Of a stretch of DNA of 64,000 nucleotides, positions 62,401-64,000 are shown piece after piece (within the stretch, counting starts at the first letter, position 1; every line of letters starts with the position of its first letter). Position numbers and translations under genes: made by a program. The stretch comes from Oikopleura dioica (taxonomy: Eukaryota > Animalia > Chordata), in the NCBI GenBank assembly GCA_907165135.1, contig OU015566.1, forward strand, positions 9,858,001 through 9,922,000, in the 5' to 3' direction. The notes under the pieces were generated by a model. The model did no database searches, was not told the origin of the DNA, and worked only from the letters and a program-made list of their open reading frames with translations.

Positions 62401-64000
62401 TCGTAGAAACCGCCTCTGTTACGAAAGGCTGTGGTATTAATTTCTCCGAGCTTCAGTTGAGCTCGCTTCGACAAACGAAAGACAAGAACCACGCCTTCAA
62501 CGTAAATATGAATATGGCCCAGGTCCGAAAGAAGGAACCAACGAATATGCGCATCACGGCCATGCACACAGCCGCTTCTAATCCCAACGGAGGATTCATC
62601 AGCCGAATGCTTTCAAGCGTCCCAGATGCCTGTTCAAATCAGGACGAACGAGGTCGAAAACCAATTCACTACGCTGCTACAGCTACCACTGGTGAATGTC
62701 TGAAAACACTCTTCCAGGATAAAAGTCGATTTCACAACATTGATGATGGCGATAAAGACGGTATTACACCATTGATGCTTGCTTCAAAGCTCGGCCGATT
62801 GAACAACTCTAGCGTTATCATCGAAAAAGCTGCGAAACTCAAGCTCAACGTCAACAACTTCGTCAACCGTGGAGACAACAACAACTACTCTCCTATCCAC
62901 TACGCCGCCGAAAATGGCCATCAGCTTCAAGTTGAGATGCTCTTGTCAAACAATGCCGATGCAAACAAACACCTATCGATCAAAAAGCAACGACTGACTC
63001 CGCTCATGCTCGCTGCTCGAGCTGGACATCAAGACGTTGTCAAGGCGCTCATTAGTCACGGCGGAAAGATTGAGAAGCGAGACTCGCTCGAGCGAACTGC
63101 ACTCATGCATGCTGCCGCCAATGGTCACTACCCACTCGTCGCGCTCTTGCTCAACAAAGGAGCTGATCCAAATTTGTCCGATGTCGCTGGAAACACAGCT
63201 TTGCATTACGCCGCTGCTTATGGCTGGTATCACATTGTACAGCTTCTTCTCCAAGGATCAGCTAATTCCGATATCGTGAACAATGAGCGACTTTCCCCAC
63301 TTGCTGTTGCTCTTCTCAAGAGAAAAGATGATATTGCCAAGTTGTTGTTCAACCAGGGAGCTGATGCTAATGTGACAGATGATAAGAAACAGACACTTCT
63401 CATCGGACTCGTTGGCCATCTCCCTGACGATGGCGTTCTCGAACGAATCAACTATATTTTGCAACACTTCACTTCAAGCATGGATCATCAGGACATACAC
63501 GGCTACACTGTGCTGCACCATCTCGCAACAATCAAAACCGACAAGACTGATGCTCTTCTCGAAGCAGCGAAACTGTTCACTTCACACGGCTGTGATGTCA
63601 ACATTCGTGATTTCAACCATCGCTCGTGCTTGTTCCACGCTGCCAAAGCTCAGAACATCGAACTCTTGCAGATGTTCATCAAGAACTCTTCCGGTAAATG
63701 TCCAGATGTCGCTGCTGTCGACGAGAAAGGCGAGAACTTCATGCACATTATGGTGCGAATGTGGACCAAGCCACAAACTGTGGAGATAATAAAAAGTCTC
63801 GCTGTTGCTAGTCCCCAGCAAATCAGCGAGCTTTGCAATCAGAAATCTAAGAGTGGATACACTCCTCTTCTGCTTGCTTGCAAGCTCATTTCTGCCGATC
63901 CAGAAATCAAGAAAGCGACCGTAAGCGAGTACGCAGCAGAGCTGATTGAAACTCTCATCACAACTGGCAAGTCTGATCCTTCTGCTACAGTCGCCAAAGC
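59489..64000 (+). CDS. Large ankyrin-repeat protein, probably invertebrate tankyrase-like (PME-5/TANK-1-type) PARP; 3'-truncated by the window
   Basis: Exons 59489-59552, 59599-59994, 60355-60482, 60528-60957 (frameshift in A6 at 60626-60631), 60999-~61530, ~62112 to beyond 64000. Many ankyrin repeats (RKPIHYAA, ITPLMLAS, LTPLMLAARAG, NTALHYAAAYGW, YTVLHHLA) plus ITAMHTAASNPN. No PARP domain lies inside the window. Confidence 0.85.
61530..62107. mobile_element. PIF/Harbinger (Tourist)-like MITE, 578 bp, ~230-bp TIRs, TAA TSD, inside the ankyrin gene
   Basis: TAA|GACGCGCTTTTTTTACGGTTGG ... CCAACCGTAAAAAAAGCGCGTC|TAA. Arms 61530-61759 and 61879-62107 are about 89% identical. Confidence 0.88.

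Noticed and set aside
59380-63838. Antisense and alternate-frame ORFs over the ankyrin gene (for example 59380-59952, 60619-61137, 61067-61561)
   Set aside because: Shadow ORFs of the coding strand; the real last exon is missing from the track only because it has no stop in the window.

Overview
Eukaryotic genomic DNA. Very short GT-AG introns (38-59 bp) mixed with several GA-AG introns point to the larvacean tunicate Oikopleura dioica or a relative (inference). Well-supported genes: an 11-exon plastin/fimbrin (51117-55607, 623 aa), an intron-containing tRNA-Leu(CAA), a large ankyrin-repeat protein resembling invertebrate tankyrase-like (PME-5/TANK-1-type) PARPs that runs off the window end, three RING-finger loci (two are close paralogs with an unassigned Cys-rich N-terminus), a small acidic 3-exon gene and a kelch-like secreted-protein gene. 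The 12-50 kb interval is gene-poor and holds decayed coding sequence (including a TRPM-like pseudogene) and many non-autonomous DNA transposons, classified only from TIR/TSD signatures as Tc1/mariner-, hAT-, Mutator-, PIF/Harbinger- and Kolobok-like. No transposase was found. Highlights: (1) a 578-bp long-TIR MITE that occupies an intron position in the ankyrin gene; (2) GA-AG introns lying within short direct repeats, one of which is absent from the paralogous gene; (3) a 2.5-kb palindrome with 1.2-kb substitution-free arms; (4) TTAA-GGG...CCC-TTAA elements, including a 49-bp minimal one. Several single-base homopolymer indels suggest residual long-read consensus errors. All coordinates and alignments were done by hand and family names come from remembered motifs, not database searches.
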